Part shown: one piece after another, positions 15,001 through 30,000 of the stretch | Position numbering within the stretch: the first letter of the stretch is position 1 | Layout: each line of letters starts with the position of its first letter | NCBI GenBank assembly: GCA_964016885.1 | Contig: OZ024743.1 | Span: forward strand, 343,790,001 to 343,854,000 | Source: Eledone cirrhosa | Lineage: Eukaryota | Length of the DNA: 64,000 nucleotides | Direction: 5' to 3' | Notes under the pieces: model-generated | Seen by the model: only the letters and a program-made list of their open reading frames with translations | The model's database searches: none | Told to the model about the DNA's origin: nothing | Made by a program: the position numbers and the translations under genes

Positions 15001-18000
15001 GGTTGGGTTGGCAGTGGTGGTTGTGTTGGTAGTAGTGGTTGTGTTGGTAGTAGTGGTTATGTTCGTAGTGCTAGTTGTGTTGGTTATGGTGATTGTGTTG
15101 GTAGTAGTGGTTGCTTTGGTTGTGGTGGTGGTGATGGTTGTGTTGGTAGTGGTAGTTGTGTTGGTTGTGGTGGTTGCGTTGGTAGTGGTGGCTGTGATGG
15201 TAGTAGTGGTTGTGTTGGTAGTGGTGGTTGTTTTGGTAGTGGTGGTTGTGTTGGTAGTGGTGGTTGTGTTGGTAGTCGTGGTTGTGATGGTAGTGATGGT
15301 AGTGATGGTTGTGGTGGTAGTGGTGGTGTTAATGTAGTAGTGGGGCTATGTTGGTTATGATGGTTGTGATGGTAGTGATGGTTGTGATGGTAGTGGTGGT
15401 TGTGGTGGTAGTGGTGGTGTTAATGTAGTAGTGGGGCTATGTTGGTTATGATGGTTGTGATGGTAGTGGTGGTTGTGATGGTAGTGGTGGTTGTGATGGT
15501 TGTGGTGGTAGTGGTGGTGTTAAATTAGTAGTGGGGCTATGTTGGTTATGATGGTTGTGATGGTTGTGATGGTAGTGATGGTTGTGGTGGTAGTGGTGGT
15601 GTTAATGTAGTAGAGGGTCTATGTTGGTTATGATGGTTGTGATGGATTGTGATGGTAGTAATGGTTGTGGTGGTAGTGGTGGTGTTAATGTAGTAGTGGG
15701 CTATGTTGGTTATGATGGTTGCGATGGTGGTGATGGTAGTGATGGTTGTGGTGGTAGTGGTGGTGTTAATGTAGTAGTGGGGCTATGTTGGTTATGATGG
15801 TTGTGATGGTTGTGATGGTAGTGATGGTTGTGGTGGGAGTGGTGGTGTTAATGTAGTAGTGGGGCTATATTGGTTATGATGGTTGTGATGGTAGTGATGG
15901 TAGTCATGGTTGTGGTGGTAGTGGTGGTAGTGGTGGTAGTAGTGGTGTTAATGTAGTAGTGGGGCTATGTTGGTTATGATGGTTGTGATGGTAGTGGTGG
16001 TTGTGGTGGTAGTGGTGGTAGTGGTGTTAGTGGTGGTGTTAATGTAGTAGTGGAGCTATTTTGTTTTTGATGGTTATGATGGTTGTGATGGTTGTGATGG
16101 TAGTGATGGTTGTGGTGGTAGTGGTGGTTGTGCTGGTAGTGGTGGTATTGGAGCTATGTTGGTTATGATGGTTGTGATGGTTGTGATGGTTGTGGTGGTA
16201 GTGGGGGTAGTGGTTGTATTAATGTAGTAGTGGGGCTATGTTGGTTATGATGGTTGTGATGGTTGTGTGGTAGTGGTGGTAGTGGTGGTGTTAATGCAGT
16301 AGTGGAGCTATGTTGGTTATGATGGTTGTGATGGTGGTGATGGTTGTGGTGGTAGTGGTGGTGTTAATGTAGTAGTGGAGCTATGTTGGTTATGATGGTT
16401 GTGATGGTAGTGATGGTAGTGATGGTTGTGGTGGTAGTGGTGGTGATAATGTAGTAGTGGAGCTATGTTGGTTATGATGGTTTTGATGGTTGTGATGGTG
16501 GTGGTGGTAGTAGTGGTTGTGGTGGTAGTGGTGGTGTTAATGTAGTAGTGGAGCTATGTTGGTTATGATGGTTGTGATGGTGGTGATGGTTGTGGTGGTA
16601 GTGGTGGTGTTAATGTAGTAGTGGAGCTATGTTGGTTATGATGGTTATGATGGTTGTGATGGTGGTGGTGGTAGTAGTGGTTGTGGTGGTAGTGGTGGTG
16701 TTAATGTAGTAGTGGAGCTATGTTCGTTATGATGGTTGTGATGGTGGTGATGGTTGTGATGGTAGTGATGGTTGTGGTGGTAGTGGTGGGGTTAATGTAG
16801 TAGTAGAGCTATGTTGGTTATGATGGTTGTGATGGTTGTGATGGTGGTGATGGTAGTGATGGTTGTGGTGGTAGTGGTGGTGTTAATGTAGTAGTGGGGC
16901 TATGTTGGTTATGATGGTTGTGATGGTTGTGATGGTAGTGGTGGTTCTGGTGGTAGTGATGGTGTTAATGTAGTTGTGGGGCTATGTTGGTTATGATGGT
17001 TGTGATGGTAGTGGTGGTAGTGTTGGTAGTGGTGGTTGTGTTGGTAGTGGTCGTTGTGTTGGTAGTGGTGGTTGTGTTGATAGTGGTGGTTGTGTTGATA
17101 GTGGTGGTTGTGATGGTAGTAGTCGTTGTGATGGTAGTAGTGGTTGTGATGGTAGTATTGGTTGTGTTGGTAGTGCTGGTTGTGTTGGTAGTAGTGGTTG
17201 TGATGGTAGTAGTGGTTGTGATGGTAGTAGTGGTTGTGTTGGTAGTGGTGTTTGTGTTGGTAGCGGTGGTTGTGTTGGTAGTCGTGGTTGTGTTGATAGT
17301 AGTGTTTGTGTTGGTAGTAGTGTTTGTGTTGGTAGTGGTGGTTGTGTTGGTAGTGGTGGTTGTGTTGGTAGTAGTGTTTGTGTTGGTAGTAGTGTTTGTG
17401 TTGGTAGTGGTGGTTGTGTTGGTAGTGGTGGTTGTGTTGGTAATGGTGGTTGTGATGGTAGTAGTGGTTGTGTTGGTAGTGGTGGTTGTGTTGGTAGTGG
17501 TGGAAGTGTTGGTAGTGGTGGTTGTGTTGGTAGTGGTGGTTGTGTTGGTAGTAGTGTTTGTGTTGGTAGTAGCGTTTGTGTTGGTAGTGGTAGTTGTGTT
17601 GGTAGTGGTGGTTGTGTTGGTAGTGGTAGTTGTGTTGGTTGAGTTGGTAGTGGTGGCTGTGTTGGTAGTAGTGGTTGTGTTGGTAGTGGTGGTTGTGTTG
17701 GTAGTAGTGGTTGTGGTGGGTGCGTTGGTGGTAGTGGTTGTGTTGGTAGTGGTGGTTGTGATGGTAGTAGTGGTTGTGGTGGTTGTGTTGGTAGTGGTGG
17801 TTGTGTTGGTAGTGATGGTAGTGGTGGTTGTGTTGGTAGTGGTGCTTGTGGTGGTTGTGTTGATAGTAGTGGTTGTGTTGGTAGTAGTGGTTGTGTTGGT
17901 AGTAGTGGTTGTGTTGGTAGTGATGGTTGTGTTGGTAATGGTGGCTGTGTTGGTAGTGGTGGTTGTGTTGGTAGTAGTGGTTGTGATCGTTATGATGGTA

Positions 18001-21000
18001 TTGGTGGTTGAGTTGGTAGAAGTGGTTGTGTTGGTAGTGGTGGCAGTGGTGGTTGGGTTGGCAGTGGTGGCAGTGGTGGTTGTGTTGGTAGTAGTGGTTG
18101 TGTTGGTAGTAGTGGTTATGTTCGTAGTGCTAGTTGTGTTGGTTATGGTGATTGTGTTGGTAGTAGTGGTTGCTTTGGTTGTGGTGGTGGTGATGGTTGT
18201 GTTGGTAGTGGTAGTTGTGTTGGTTGTGGTGGTTGCGTTGTTAGTGGTGGCTGTGATGGTAGTAGTGGTTGTGTTGGTAGTGGTGGTTGTGTTGGTAGTG
18301 GTGGTTGTGTTGGTAGTGGTGGTTGTGTTGGTAGTCGTGGTTGTGATGGTAGTGATGGTAGTGATGGTTGTGGTGGTAGTGGTGGTGTTAATGTAGTAGT
18401 GGGGCTATGTTGGTTATGATGGTTGTGATGGTAGTGATGGTTGTGATGGTAGTGGTGGTTGTGGTGGTAGTGGTGGTGTTAATGTAGTAGTGGGGCTATG
18501 TTGGTTATGATGGTTGTGATGGTAGTGGTGGTTGTGATGGTAGTGGTGGTTGTGGTGGTTGTGGTGGTAGTGGTGGTGTTAATGTAGTAGTGGGGCTATG
18601 TTGGTTATGATGGTTGTGATGGTTGTGATGGTAGTGATGGTTGTGGTGGTAGTGGTGGTGTTAATGTAGTAGAGGGTCTATGTTGGTTATGATGGTTGTG
18701 ATGGATTGTGATGGTAGTAATGGTTGTGGTGGTAGTGGTGGTGTTAATGTAGTAGTGGGCTATGTTGGTTATGATGGTTGCGATGGTGGTGATGGTAGTG
18801 ATGGTTGTGGTGGTAGTGGTGGTGTTAATGTAGTAGTGGGGCTATGTTGGTTATGATGGTTGTGATGGTTGTGATGGTAGTGATGGTTGTGGTGGGAGTG
18901 GTGGTGTTAATGTAGTAGTGGGGCTATGTTGGTTATGATGGTTGTGATGGTGGTGATGGTAGTGATGGTTGTGGTGGTAGTGGTGGTGTTAATGTAGTAG
19001 TGGGGCTATGTTGGTTATGATGGTTGTGATGGTTGTGATGGTAGTGGTGGTTCTGGTGGTAGTGATGGTGTTAATGTAGTTGTGGGGCTATGTTGGTTAT
19101 GATGGTTGTGATGGTAGTGGTGGTAGTGTTGGTAGTGGTGGTTGTGTTGGTAGTGGTCGTTGTGTTGGTAGTGGTGGTTGTGTTGATAGTGGTGGTTGTG
19201 TTGATAGTGGTGGTTGTGATGGTAGTAGTCGTTGTGATGGTAGTAGTGGTTGTGATGGTAGTATTGGTTGTGTTGGTAGTGCTGGTTGTGTTGGTAGTAG
19301 TGGTTGTGATGGTAGTAGTGGTTGTGATGGTAGTAGTGGTTGTGTTGGTAGTGGTGTTTGTGTTGGTAGCGGTGGTTGTGTTGGTAGTCGTGGTTGTGTT
19401 GATAGTAGTGTTTGTGTTGGTAGTAGTGTTTGTGTTGGTAGTGGTGGTTGTGTTGGTAGTGGTGGTTGTGTTGGTAGTAGTGTTTGTGTTGGTAGTAGTG
19501 TTTGTGTTGGTAGTGGTGGTTGTGTTGGTAGTGGTGGTTGTGTTGGTAATGGTGGTTGTGATGGTAGTAGTGGTTGTGTTGGTAGTGGTGGTTGTGTTGG
19601 TAGTGGTGGAAGTGTTGGTAGTGGTGGTTGTGTTGGTAGTGGTGGTTGTGTTGGTAGTAGTGTTTGTGTTGGTAGTAGCGTTTGTGTTGGTAGTGGTAGT
19701 TGTGTTGGTAGTGGTGGTTGTGTTGGTAGTGGTAGTTGTGTTGGTTGAGTTGGTAGTGGTGGCTGTGTTGGTAGTAGTGGTTGTGTTGGTAGTGGTGGTT
19801 GTGTTGGTAGTAGTGGTTGTGGTGGGTGCGTTGGTGGTAGTGGTTGTGTTGGTAGTGGTGGTTGTGATGGTAGTAGTGGTTGTGGTGGTTGTGTTGGTAG
19901 TGGTGGTTGTGTTGGTAGTGATGGTAGTGGTGGTTGTGTTGGTAGTGGTGCTAGTGGTGGTTGTGTTGATAGTAGTGGTTGTGTTGGTAGTAGTGGTTGT
20001 GTTGGTAGTAGTGGTTGTGTTGGTAGTGATGGTTGTGTTGGTAATGGTGGCTGTGTTGGTAGTGGTGGTTGTGTTGGTAGTAGTGGTTGTGATCGTTATG
20101 ATGGTATTGGTGGTTGAGTTGGTAGAAGTGGTTGTGTTGGTAGTGGTGGCAGTGGTGGTTGGGTTGGCAGTGGTGGTTGTGTTGGTAGTAGTGGTTGTGT
20201 TGGTAGTAGTGGTTATGTTCGTAGTGCTAGTTGTGTTGGTTATGGTGATTGTGTTGGTAGTAGTGGTTGCTTTGGTTGTGGTGGTGGTGATGGTTGTGTT
20301 GGTAGTGGTAGTTGTGTTGGTTGTGGTGGTTGCGTTGGTAGTGGTGGCTGTGATGGTAGTAGTGGTTGTGTTGGTAGTGGTGGTTGTGTTGGTAGTGGTG
20401 GTTGTGTTGGTAGTGGTGGTTGTGTTGGTAGTCGTGGTTGTGATGGTAGTGATGGTAGTGATGGTTGTGGTGGTAGTGGTGGTGTTAATGTAGTAGTGGG
20501 GCTATGTTGGTTATGATGGTTGTGATGGTAGTGATGGTTGTGATGGTAGTGGTGGTTGTGGTGGTAGTGGTGGTGTTAATGTAGTAGTGGGGCTATGTTG
20601 GTTATGATGGTTGTGATGGTAGTGGTGGTTGTGATGGTAGTGGTGGTTGTGGTGGTTGTGGTGGTAGTGGTGGTGTTAATGTAGTAGTGGGGCTATGTTG
20701 GTTATGATGGTTGTGATGGTTGTGATGGTAGTGATGGTTGTGGTGGTAGTGGTGGTGTTAATGTAGTAGAGGGTCTATGTTGGTTATGATGGTTGTGATG
20801 GATTGTGATGGTAGTAATGGTTGTGGTGGTAGTGGTGGTGTTAATGTAGTAGTGGGCTATGTTGGTTATGATGGTTGCGATGGTGGTGATGGTAGTGATG
20901 GTTGTGGTGGTAGTGGTGGTGTTAATGTAGTAGTGGGGCTATGTTGGTTATGATGGTTGTGATGGTTGTGATGGTAGTGATGGTTGTGGTGGGAGTGGTG

Positions 21001-24000
21001 GTGTTAATGTAGTAGTGGGGCTATGTTGGTTATGATGGTTGTGATGGTAGTGATGGTAGTCATGGTTGTGGTGGTAGTGGTGGTAGTGGTGGTAGTGGTG
21101 GTGTTAATGTAGTAGTGGGGCTATGTTGGTTATGATGGTTGTGATGGTAGTGGTTGTTGTGGTGGTAGTGGTGGTAGTGGTGGTAGTGGTGGTGTTAATG
21201 TAGTAGTGGAGCTATTTTGTTTTTGATGGTTATGATGGTTGTGATGGTTGTGATGGTAGTGATGGTTGTGGTGGTAGTGGTGGTTGTGCTGGTAGTGGTG
21301 GTATTGGAGCTATGTTGGTTATGATGGTTGTGATGGTTGTGATGGTTGTGGTGGTAGTGGGGGTAGTGGTTGTATTAATGTAGTAGTGGGGCTATGTTGG
21401 TTATGATGGTTGTGATGGTTGTGTGGTAGTGGTGGTAGTGGTGGTGTTAATGCAATAGTGGAGCTATGTTGGTTATGATGGTTGTGATGGTGGTGATGGT
21501 TGTGGTGGTAGTGGTGGTGTTAATGTAGTAGTGGAGCTATGTTGGTTATGATGGTTGTGATGGTAGTGATGGTAGTGATGGTTGTGGTGGTAGTGGTGGT
21601 GATAATGTAGTAGTGGAGCTATGTTGGTTATGATGGTTATGATGGTTGTGATGGTGGTGGTGGTAGTAGTGGTTGTGGTGGTAGTGGTGGTGTTAATGTA
21701 GTAGTGGAGCTATGTTGGTTATGATGGTTGTGATGGTGGTGATGGTTGTGATGGTAGTGATGGTTGTGGTGGTAGTGGTGGTGTTAATGTAGTAGTGGAG
21801 CTATGTTGGTTATGATGGTTGTGATGGTTGTGATGGTTGTGATGGTAGTGATGGTTGTGGTGGTTGTGGTGGTAGTGGTGGTGTTAATGTAGTAGTGGAG
21901 CTATGTTGTTTATGATGGTTGTGATGGTAGTGATGGTAGTGATGGTTGTGGTGGTAGTGGTGGTGTTAATGTAGTAGTGGAGCTATGTTTGTTATGATGG
22001 TTGTGATGGTTGTGATGGTGGTGATGGTAGTGGTGGTAGTGGTGGTAGTGGTGGTGTTAATGTAGTAGTGGAGCTATGTTTGTTATGATGGTTGTGATGG
22101 TTGTGATGGTGGTGATGGTAGTGGTGGTTCTGGTGGTAGTGATGGTGTTAATGTAGTTGTGGGGCTATGTTGGTTATGATGGTTGTGATGGTAGTGGTGG
22201 TAGTGTTGGTAGTGGTGGTTGTGTTGGTAGTGGTCGTTTTGTTGGTAGTGGTGGTTGTGTTGATAGTGTTGGTGGTGTTGATAGTGGTGGTTGTGATGGT
22301 AGTAGTCGTTGTGATGGTAGTAGTGGTTGTGATGGTAGTATTGGTTGTGTTGGTAGTGCTGGTTGTGTTGGTAGTAGTGGTTGTGATGGTAGTAGTGGTT
22401 GTGTTGGTAGTGGTGTTTGTGTTGGTAGTGGTGGTTGTGTTGGTAGTCGTGGTTGTGTTGGTAGTAGTGTTTGTGTTGGTAGTAGTGGTTGTGTTGGTAG
22501 TGATGATTGTGTTGGTAATGGTGGCTGTGTTGGTAGTGGTGGTTGTGTTGGTAGTAGTGGTTGTGATCGTTATGATGGTATTGGTGGTTGAGTTGGTAGA
22601 AGTGGTTGTGTTGGTAGTGGTGGCAGTGGTGGTTGGGTTGGCAGTGGTGGTTGTGTTGGTAGTAGTGGTTGTGTTGGTAGTAGTGGTTATGTTCGTAGTG
22701 CTAGTTGTGTTGGTTATGGTGATTGTGTTGGTAGTAGTGGTTGCTTTGGTTGTGGTGGTGGTGATGGTTGTGTTGGTAGTGGTAGTTGTGTTGGTTGTGG
22801 TGGTTGCGTTGGTAGTGGTGGCTGTGATGGTAGTAGTGGTTGTGTTGGTAGTGGTGGTTGTTTTGGTAGTGGTGGTTGTGTTGGTAGTGGTGGTTGTGTT
22901 GGTAGTCGTGGTTGTGATGGTAGTGATGGTAGTGATGGTTGTGGTGGTAGTGGTGGTGTTAATGTAGTAGTGGGGCTATGTTGGTTATGATGGTTGTGAT
23001 GGTAGTGATGGTTGTGATGGTAGTGGTGGTTGTGGTGGTAGTGGTGGTGTTAATGTAGTAGTGGGGCTATGTTGGTTATGATGGTTGTGATGGTAGTGGT
23101 GGTTGTGATGGTAGTGGTGGTTGTGGTGGTTGTGGTGGTAGTGGTGGTGTTAAATTAGTAGTGGGGCTATGTTGGTTATGATGGTTGTGATGGTTGTGAT
23201 GGTAGTGATGGTTGTGGTGGTAGTGGTGGTGTTAATGTAGTAGAGGGTCTATGTTGGTTATGATGGTTGTGATGGATTGTGATGGTAGTAATGGTTGTGG
23301 TGGTAGTGGTGGTGTTAATGTAGTAGTGGGGCTATGTTGGTTATGATGGTTGTGATGGTTGTGATGGTAGTGATGGTTGTGGTGGGAGTGGTGGTGTTAA
23401 TGTAGTAGTGGGGCTATGTTGGTTATGATGGTTGTGATGGTTGTGATGGTAGTGATGGTTGTGGTGGGAGTGGTGGTGTTAATGTAGTAGTGGGGCTATG
23501 TTGGTTATGATGGTTGTGATGGTAGTGATGGTAGTCATGGTTGTGGTGGTAGTGGTGGTAGTGGTGGTAGTGGTGCTGTTAATGTAGTAGTGGGGCTATG
23601 TTGGTTATGATGGTTGTGATGGTAGTGGTTGTTGTGGTGGTAGTGGTGGTAGTGGTGGTAGTGGTGGTAGTGGTGGTGTTAATGTAGTAGTGGAGCTATT
23701 TTGTTTTTGATGGTTATGATGGTTGTGATGGTTGTGATGGTAGTGATGGTTGTGGTGGTAGTGGTGGTTGTGCTGGTAGTGGTGGTATTGGAGCTATGTT
23801 GGTTATGATGGTTGTGATGGTTGTGATGGTTGTGGTGGTAGTGGGGGTAGTGGTTGTATTAATGTAGTAGTGGGGCTATGTTGGTTATGATGGTTGTGAT
23901 GGTTGTGTGGTAGTGGTGGTAGTGGTGGTGTTAATGCAATAGTGGAGCTATGTTGGTTATGATGGTTGTGATGGTGGTGATGGTTGTGGTGGTAGTGGTG

Positions 24001-27000
24001 GTGTTAATGTAGTAGTGGAGCTATGTTGGTTATGATGGTTGTGATGGTAGTGATGGTAGTGATGGTTGTGGTGGTAGTGGTGGTGATAATGTAGTAGTGG
24101 AGCTATGTTGGTTATGATGGTTATGATGGTTGTGATGGTGGTGGTGGTAGTAGTGGTTGTGGTGGTAGTGGTGGTGTTAATGTAGTAGTGGAGCTATGTT
24201 GGTTATGATGGTTGTGATGGTGGTGATGGTTGTGATGGTAGTGATGGTTGTGGTGGTAGTGGTGGTGTTAATGTAGTAGTGGAGCTATGTTGGTTATGAT
24301 GGTTGTGATGGTTGTGATGGTTGTGATGGTAGTGATGGTTGTGGTGGTTGTGGTGGTAGTGGTGGTGTTAATGTAGTAGTGGAGCTATGTTGGTTATGAT
24401 GGTTGTGATGGTAGTGATGGTAGTGATGGTTGTGGTGGTAGTGGTGGTGTTAATGTAGTAGTGGAGCTATGTTTGTTATGATGGTTGTGATGGTTGTGAT
24501 GGTGGTGATGGTAGTGGTGGTAGTGGTGGTAGTGGTGGTGTTAATGTAGTAGTGGAGCTATGTTGGTTATGATGGTTATGATGGTTGTGATGGTAGTGAT
24601 GGGTGTGATGGTTGTGATGGTTGTGGTGGTAGTGGTGGTGTTAATGTAGTAGTGGAGCTATGTTGGTTATGATGGTTGTGATGGTTGTGATGGTGGTGAT
24701 GGTGGTGATGGTTGTGGTGGTAGTGGTGGTAGTGGTCGTGTTAATGTAGTAGTGTGGCTATGTTGGTTATGTTGGTTGTGTTGGTTGTGATGGTAGTGAT
24801 GGTTGTGGTGGTAGTGGTGGTTGTGTTGGTAGTAGTGGTGGTGGTGGTTGTGTTGGTAGTGGTGGTTCTGGTGGTAGTGATGGTGTTAATGTAGTTGTGG
24901 GGCTATGTTGGTTATGATGGTTGTGATGGTAGTGGTGGTAGTGTTGGTAGTGGTGGTTGTGTTGGTAGTGGTCGTTTTGTTGGTAGTGGTGGTTGTGTTG
25001 ATAGTGTTGGTGGTGTTGATAGTGGTGGTTGTGATGGTAGTAGTCGTTGTGATGGTAGTAGTGGTTGTGATGGTAGTATTGGTTGTGTTGGTAGTGCTGG
25101 TTGTGTTGGTAGTAGTGGTTGTGATGGTAGTAGTGGTTGTGTTGGTAGTGGTGTTTGTGTTGGTAGTGGTGGTTGTGTTGGTAGTCGTGGTTGTGTTGGT
25201 AGTAGTGTTTGTGTTGGTAGTAGTGGTTGTGTTGGTAGTGATGGTTGTGTTGGTAATGGTGGCTGTGTTGGTAGTGGTGGTTGTGTTGGTAGTAGTGGTT
25301 GTGATCGTTATGATGGTATTGGTGGTTGAGTTGGTAGAAGTGGTTGTGTTGGTAGTGGTGGCAGTGGTGGTTGGGTTGGCAGTGGTGGTTGTGTTGGTAG
25401 TAGTGGTTGTGTTGGTAGTAGTGGTTATGTTCGTAGTGCTAGTTGTGTTGGTTATGGTGATTGTGTTGGTAGTAGTGGTTGCTTTGGTTGTGGTGGTGGT
25501 GATGGTTGTGTTGGTAGTGGTAGTTGTGTTGGTTGTGGTGGTTGCGTTGGTAGTGGTGGCTGTGATGGTAGTAGTGGTTGTGTTGGTAGTGGTGGTTGTT
25601 TTGGTAGTGGTGGTTGTGTTGGTAGTGGTGGTTGTGTTGGTAGTCGTGGTTGTGATGGTAGTGATGGTAGTGATGGTTGTGGTGGTAGTGGTGGTGTTAA
25701 TGTAGTAGTGGGGCTATGTTGGTTATGATGGTTGTGATGGTAGTGATGGTTGTGATGGTAGTGGTGGTTGTGGTGGTAGTGGTGGTGTTAATGTAGTAGT
25801 GGGGCTATGTTGGTTATGATGGTTGTGATGGTAGTGATGGTTGTGATGGTAGTGGTGGTTGTGGTGGTAGTGGTGGTGTTAATGTAGTAGTGGGGCTATG
25901 TTGGTTATGATGGTTGTGATGGTAGTGATGGTTGTGATGGTAGTGGTGGTTGTGGTGGTAGTGGTGGTGTTAATGTAGTAGTGGGGCTATGTTGGTTATG
26001 ATGGTTGTGATGGTAGTGGTGGTTGTGATGGTAGTGGTGGTTGTGGTGGTTGTGGTGGTAGTGGTGGTGTTAAATTAGTAGTGGGGCTATGTTGGTTATG
26101 ATGGTTGTGATGGTTGTGATGGTAGTGATGGTTGTGGTGGTAGTGGTGGTGTTAATGTAGTAGAGGGTCTATGTTGGTTATGATGGTTGTGATGGATTGT
26201 GATGGTAGTAATGGTTGTGGTGGTAGTGGTGGTGTTAATGTAGTAGTGGGCTATGTTGGTTATGATGGTTGTGATGGTTGTGATGGTAGTGATGGTTGTG
26301 GTGGGAGTGGTGGTGTTAATGTAGTAGTGGGGCTATGTTGGTTATGATGGTTGTGATGGTAGTGATGGTAGTCATGGTTGTGGTGGTAGTGGTGGTAGTG
26401 GTGGTAGTGGTGGTGTTAATGTAGTAGTGGGGCTATGTTGGTTATGATGGTTGTGATGGTAGTGGTTGTTGTGGTGGTAGTGGTGGTAGTGGTGGTAGTG
26501 GTGGTAGTGGTGGTGTTAATGTAGTAGTGGAGCTATTTTGTTTTTGATGGTTATGATGGTTGTGATGGTTGTGATGGTAGTGATGGTTGTGGTGGTAGTG
26601 GTGGTTGTGCTGGTAGTGGTGGTATTGGAGCTATGTTGGTTATGATGGTTGTGATGGTTGTGATGGTTGTGGTGGTAGTGGGGGTAGTGGTTGTATTAAT
26701 GTAGTAGTGGGGCTATGTTGGTTATGATGGTTGTGATGGTTGTGTGGTAGTGGTGGTAGTGGTGGTGTTAATGCAATAGTGGAGCTATGTTGGTTATGAT
26801 GGTTGTGATGGTGGTGATGGTTGTGGTGGTAGTGGTGGTGTTAATGTAGTAGTGGAGCTATGTTGGTTATGATGGTTGTGATGGTAGTGATGGTAGTGAT
26901 GGTTGTGGTGGTAGTGGTGGTGATAATGTAGTAGTGGAGCTATGTTGGTTATGATGGTTATGATGGTTGTGATGGTGGTGGTGGTAGTAGTGGTTGTGGT

Positions 27001-30000
27001 GGTAGTGGTGGTGTTAATGTAGTAGTGGAGCTATGTTGGTTATGATGGTTGTGATGGTGGTGATGGTTGTGATGGTAGTGATGGTTGTGGTGGTAGTGGT
27101 GGTGTTAATGTAGTAGTGGAGCTATGTTGGTTATGATGGTTTTGATGGTTGTGATGGTTGTGATGGTAGTGATGGTTGTGGTGGTTGTGGTGGTAGTGGT
27201 GGTGTTAATGTAGTAGTGGAGCTATGTTGGTTATGATGGTTGTGATGGTAGTGATGGTAGTGATGGTTGTGGTGGTAGTGGTGGTGTTAATGTAGTAGTG
27301 GAGCTATGTTTGTTATGATGGTTGTGATGGTTGTGATGGTGGTGATGGTAGTGGTGGTAGTGGTGGTAGTGGTGGTGTTAATGTAGTAGTGGAGCTATGT
27401 TGGTTATGATGGTTATGATGGTTGTGATGGTAGTGATGGGTGTGATGGTTGTGATGGTTGTGGTGGTAGTGGTGGTGTTAATGTAGTAGTGGAGCTATGT
27501 TGGTTATGATGGTTGTGATGGTTGTGATGGTGGTGATGGTGGTGATGGTTGTGGTGGTAGTGGTGGTAGTGGTCGTGTTAATGTAGTAGTGTGGCTATGT
27601 TGGTTATGTTGGTTGTGTTGGTTGTGATGGTAGTGATGGTTGTGGTGGTAGTGGTGGTTGTGTTGGTAGTAGTGGTGGTGGTGGTTGTGTTGGTAGTGGT
27701 GGTTCTGGTGGTAGTGATGGTGTTAATGTAGTTGTGGGGCTATGTTGGTTATGATGGTTGTGATGGTAGTGGTGGTAGTGTTGGTAGTGGTGGTTGTGTT
27801 GGTAGTGGTCGTTTTGTTGGTAGTGGTGGTTGTGTTGATAGTGTTGGTGGTGTTGATAGTGGTGGTTGTGATGGTAGTAGTCGTTGTGATGGTAGTAGTG
27901 GTTGTGATGGTAGTATTGGTTGTGTTGGTAGTGCTGGTTGTGTTGGTAGTAGTGGTTGTGATGGTAGTAGTGGTTGTGTTGGTAGTGGTGTTTGTGTTGG
28001 TAGTGGTGGTTGTGTTGGTAGTCGTGGTTGTGTTGGTAGTAGTGTTTGTGTTGTTAGTAGTGGTTGTGTTGGTAGTGATGGTTGTGTTGGTAATGGTGGC
28101 TGTGTTGGTAGTGGTGGTTGTGTTGGTAGTAGTGGTTGTGATCGTTATGATGGTATTGGTGGTTGAGTTGGTAGAAGTGGTTGTGTTGGTAGTGGTGGCA
28201 GTGGTGGTTGGGTTGGCAGTGGTGGTTGTGTTGGTAGTAGTGGTTGTGTTGGTAGTAGTGGTTATGTTCGTAGTGCTAGTTGTGTTGGTTATGGTGATTG
28301 TGTTGGTAGTAGTGGTTGCTTTGGTTGTGGTGGTGGTGATGGTTGTGTTGGTAGTGGTAGTTGTGTTGGTTGTGGTGGTTGCGTTGGTAGTGGTGGCTGT
28401 GATGGTAGTAGTGGTTGTGTTGGTAGTGGTGGTTGTTTTGGTAGTGGTGGTTGTGTTGGTAGTGGTGGTTGTGTTGGTAGTCGTGGTTGTGATGGTAGTG
28501 ATGGTAGTGATGGTTGTGGTGGTAGTGGTGGTGTTAATGTAGTAGTGGGGCTATGTTGGTTATGATGGTTGTGATGGTAGTGATGGTTGTGATGGTAGTG
28601 GTGGTTGTGGTGGTAGTGGTGGTGTTAATGTAGTAGTGGGGCTATGTTGGTTATGATGGTTGTGATGGTAGTGATGGTTGTGATGGTAGTGGTGGTTGTG
28701 GTGGTAGTGGTGGTGTTAATGTAGTAGTGGGGCTATGTTGGTTATGATGGTTGTGATGGTAGTGATGGTTGTGATGGTAGTGGTGGTTGTGGTGGTAGTG
28801 GTGGTGTTAATGTAGTAGTGGGGCTATGTTGGTTATGATGGTTGTGATGGTAGTGGTGGTTGTGATGGTAGTGGTGGTTGTGGTGGTTGTGGTGGTAGTG
28901 GTGGTGTTAAATTAGTAGTGGGGCTATGTTGGTTATGATGGTTGTGATGGTTGTGATGGTAGTGATGGTTGTGGTGGTAGTGGTGGTGTTAATGTAGTAG
29001 AGGGTCTATGTTGGTTATGATGGTTGTGATGGATTGTGATGGTAGTAATGGTTGTGGTGGTAGTGGTGGTGTTAATGTAGTAGTGGGCTATGTTGGTTAT
29101 GATGGTTGTGATGGTTGTGATGGTAGTGATGGTTGTGGTGGGAGTGGTGGTGTTAATGTAGTAGTGGGGCTATGTTGGTTATGATGGTTGTGATGGTAGT
29201 GATGGTAGTCATGGTTGTGGTGGTAGTGGTGGTAGTGGTGGTAGTGGTGGTGTTAATGTAGTAGTGGGGCTATGTTGGTTATGATGGTTGTGATGGTAGT
29301 GGTTGTTGTGGTGGTAGTGGTGGTAGTGGTGGTAGTGGTGGTAGTGGTGGTGTTAATGTAGTAGTGGAGCTATTTTGTTTTTGATGGTTATGATGGTTGT
29401 GATGGTTGTGATGGTAGTGATGGTTGTGGTGGTAGTGGTGGTTGTGCTGGTAGTGGTGGTATTGGAGCTATGTTGGTTATGATGGTTGTGATGGTTGTGA
29501 TGGTTGTGGTGGTAGTGGGGGTAGTGGTTGTATTAATGTAGTAGTGGGGCTATGTTGGTTATGATGGTTGTGATGGTTGTGTGGTAGTGGTGGTAGTGGT
29601 GGTGTTAATGCAATAGTGGAGCTATGTTGGTTATGATGGTTGTGATGGTGGTGATGGTTGTGGTGGTAGTGGTGGTGTTAATGTAGTAGTGGAGCTATGT
29701 TGGTTATGATGGTTGTGATGGTAGTGATGGTAGTGATGGTTGTGGTGGTAGTGGTGGTGATAATGTAGTAGTGGAGCTATGTTGGTTATGATGGTTATGA
29801 TGGTTGTGATGGTGGTGGTGGTAGTAGTGGTTGTGGTGGTAGTGGTGGTGTTAATGTAGTAGTGGAGCTATGTTGGTTATGATGGTTGTGATGGTGGTGA
29901 TGGTTGTGATGGTAGTGATGGTTGTGGTGGTAGTGGTGGTGTTAATGTAGTAGTGGAGCTATGTTGGTTATGATGGTTTTGATGGTTGTGATGGTTGTGA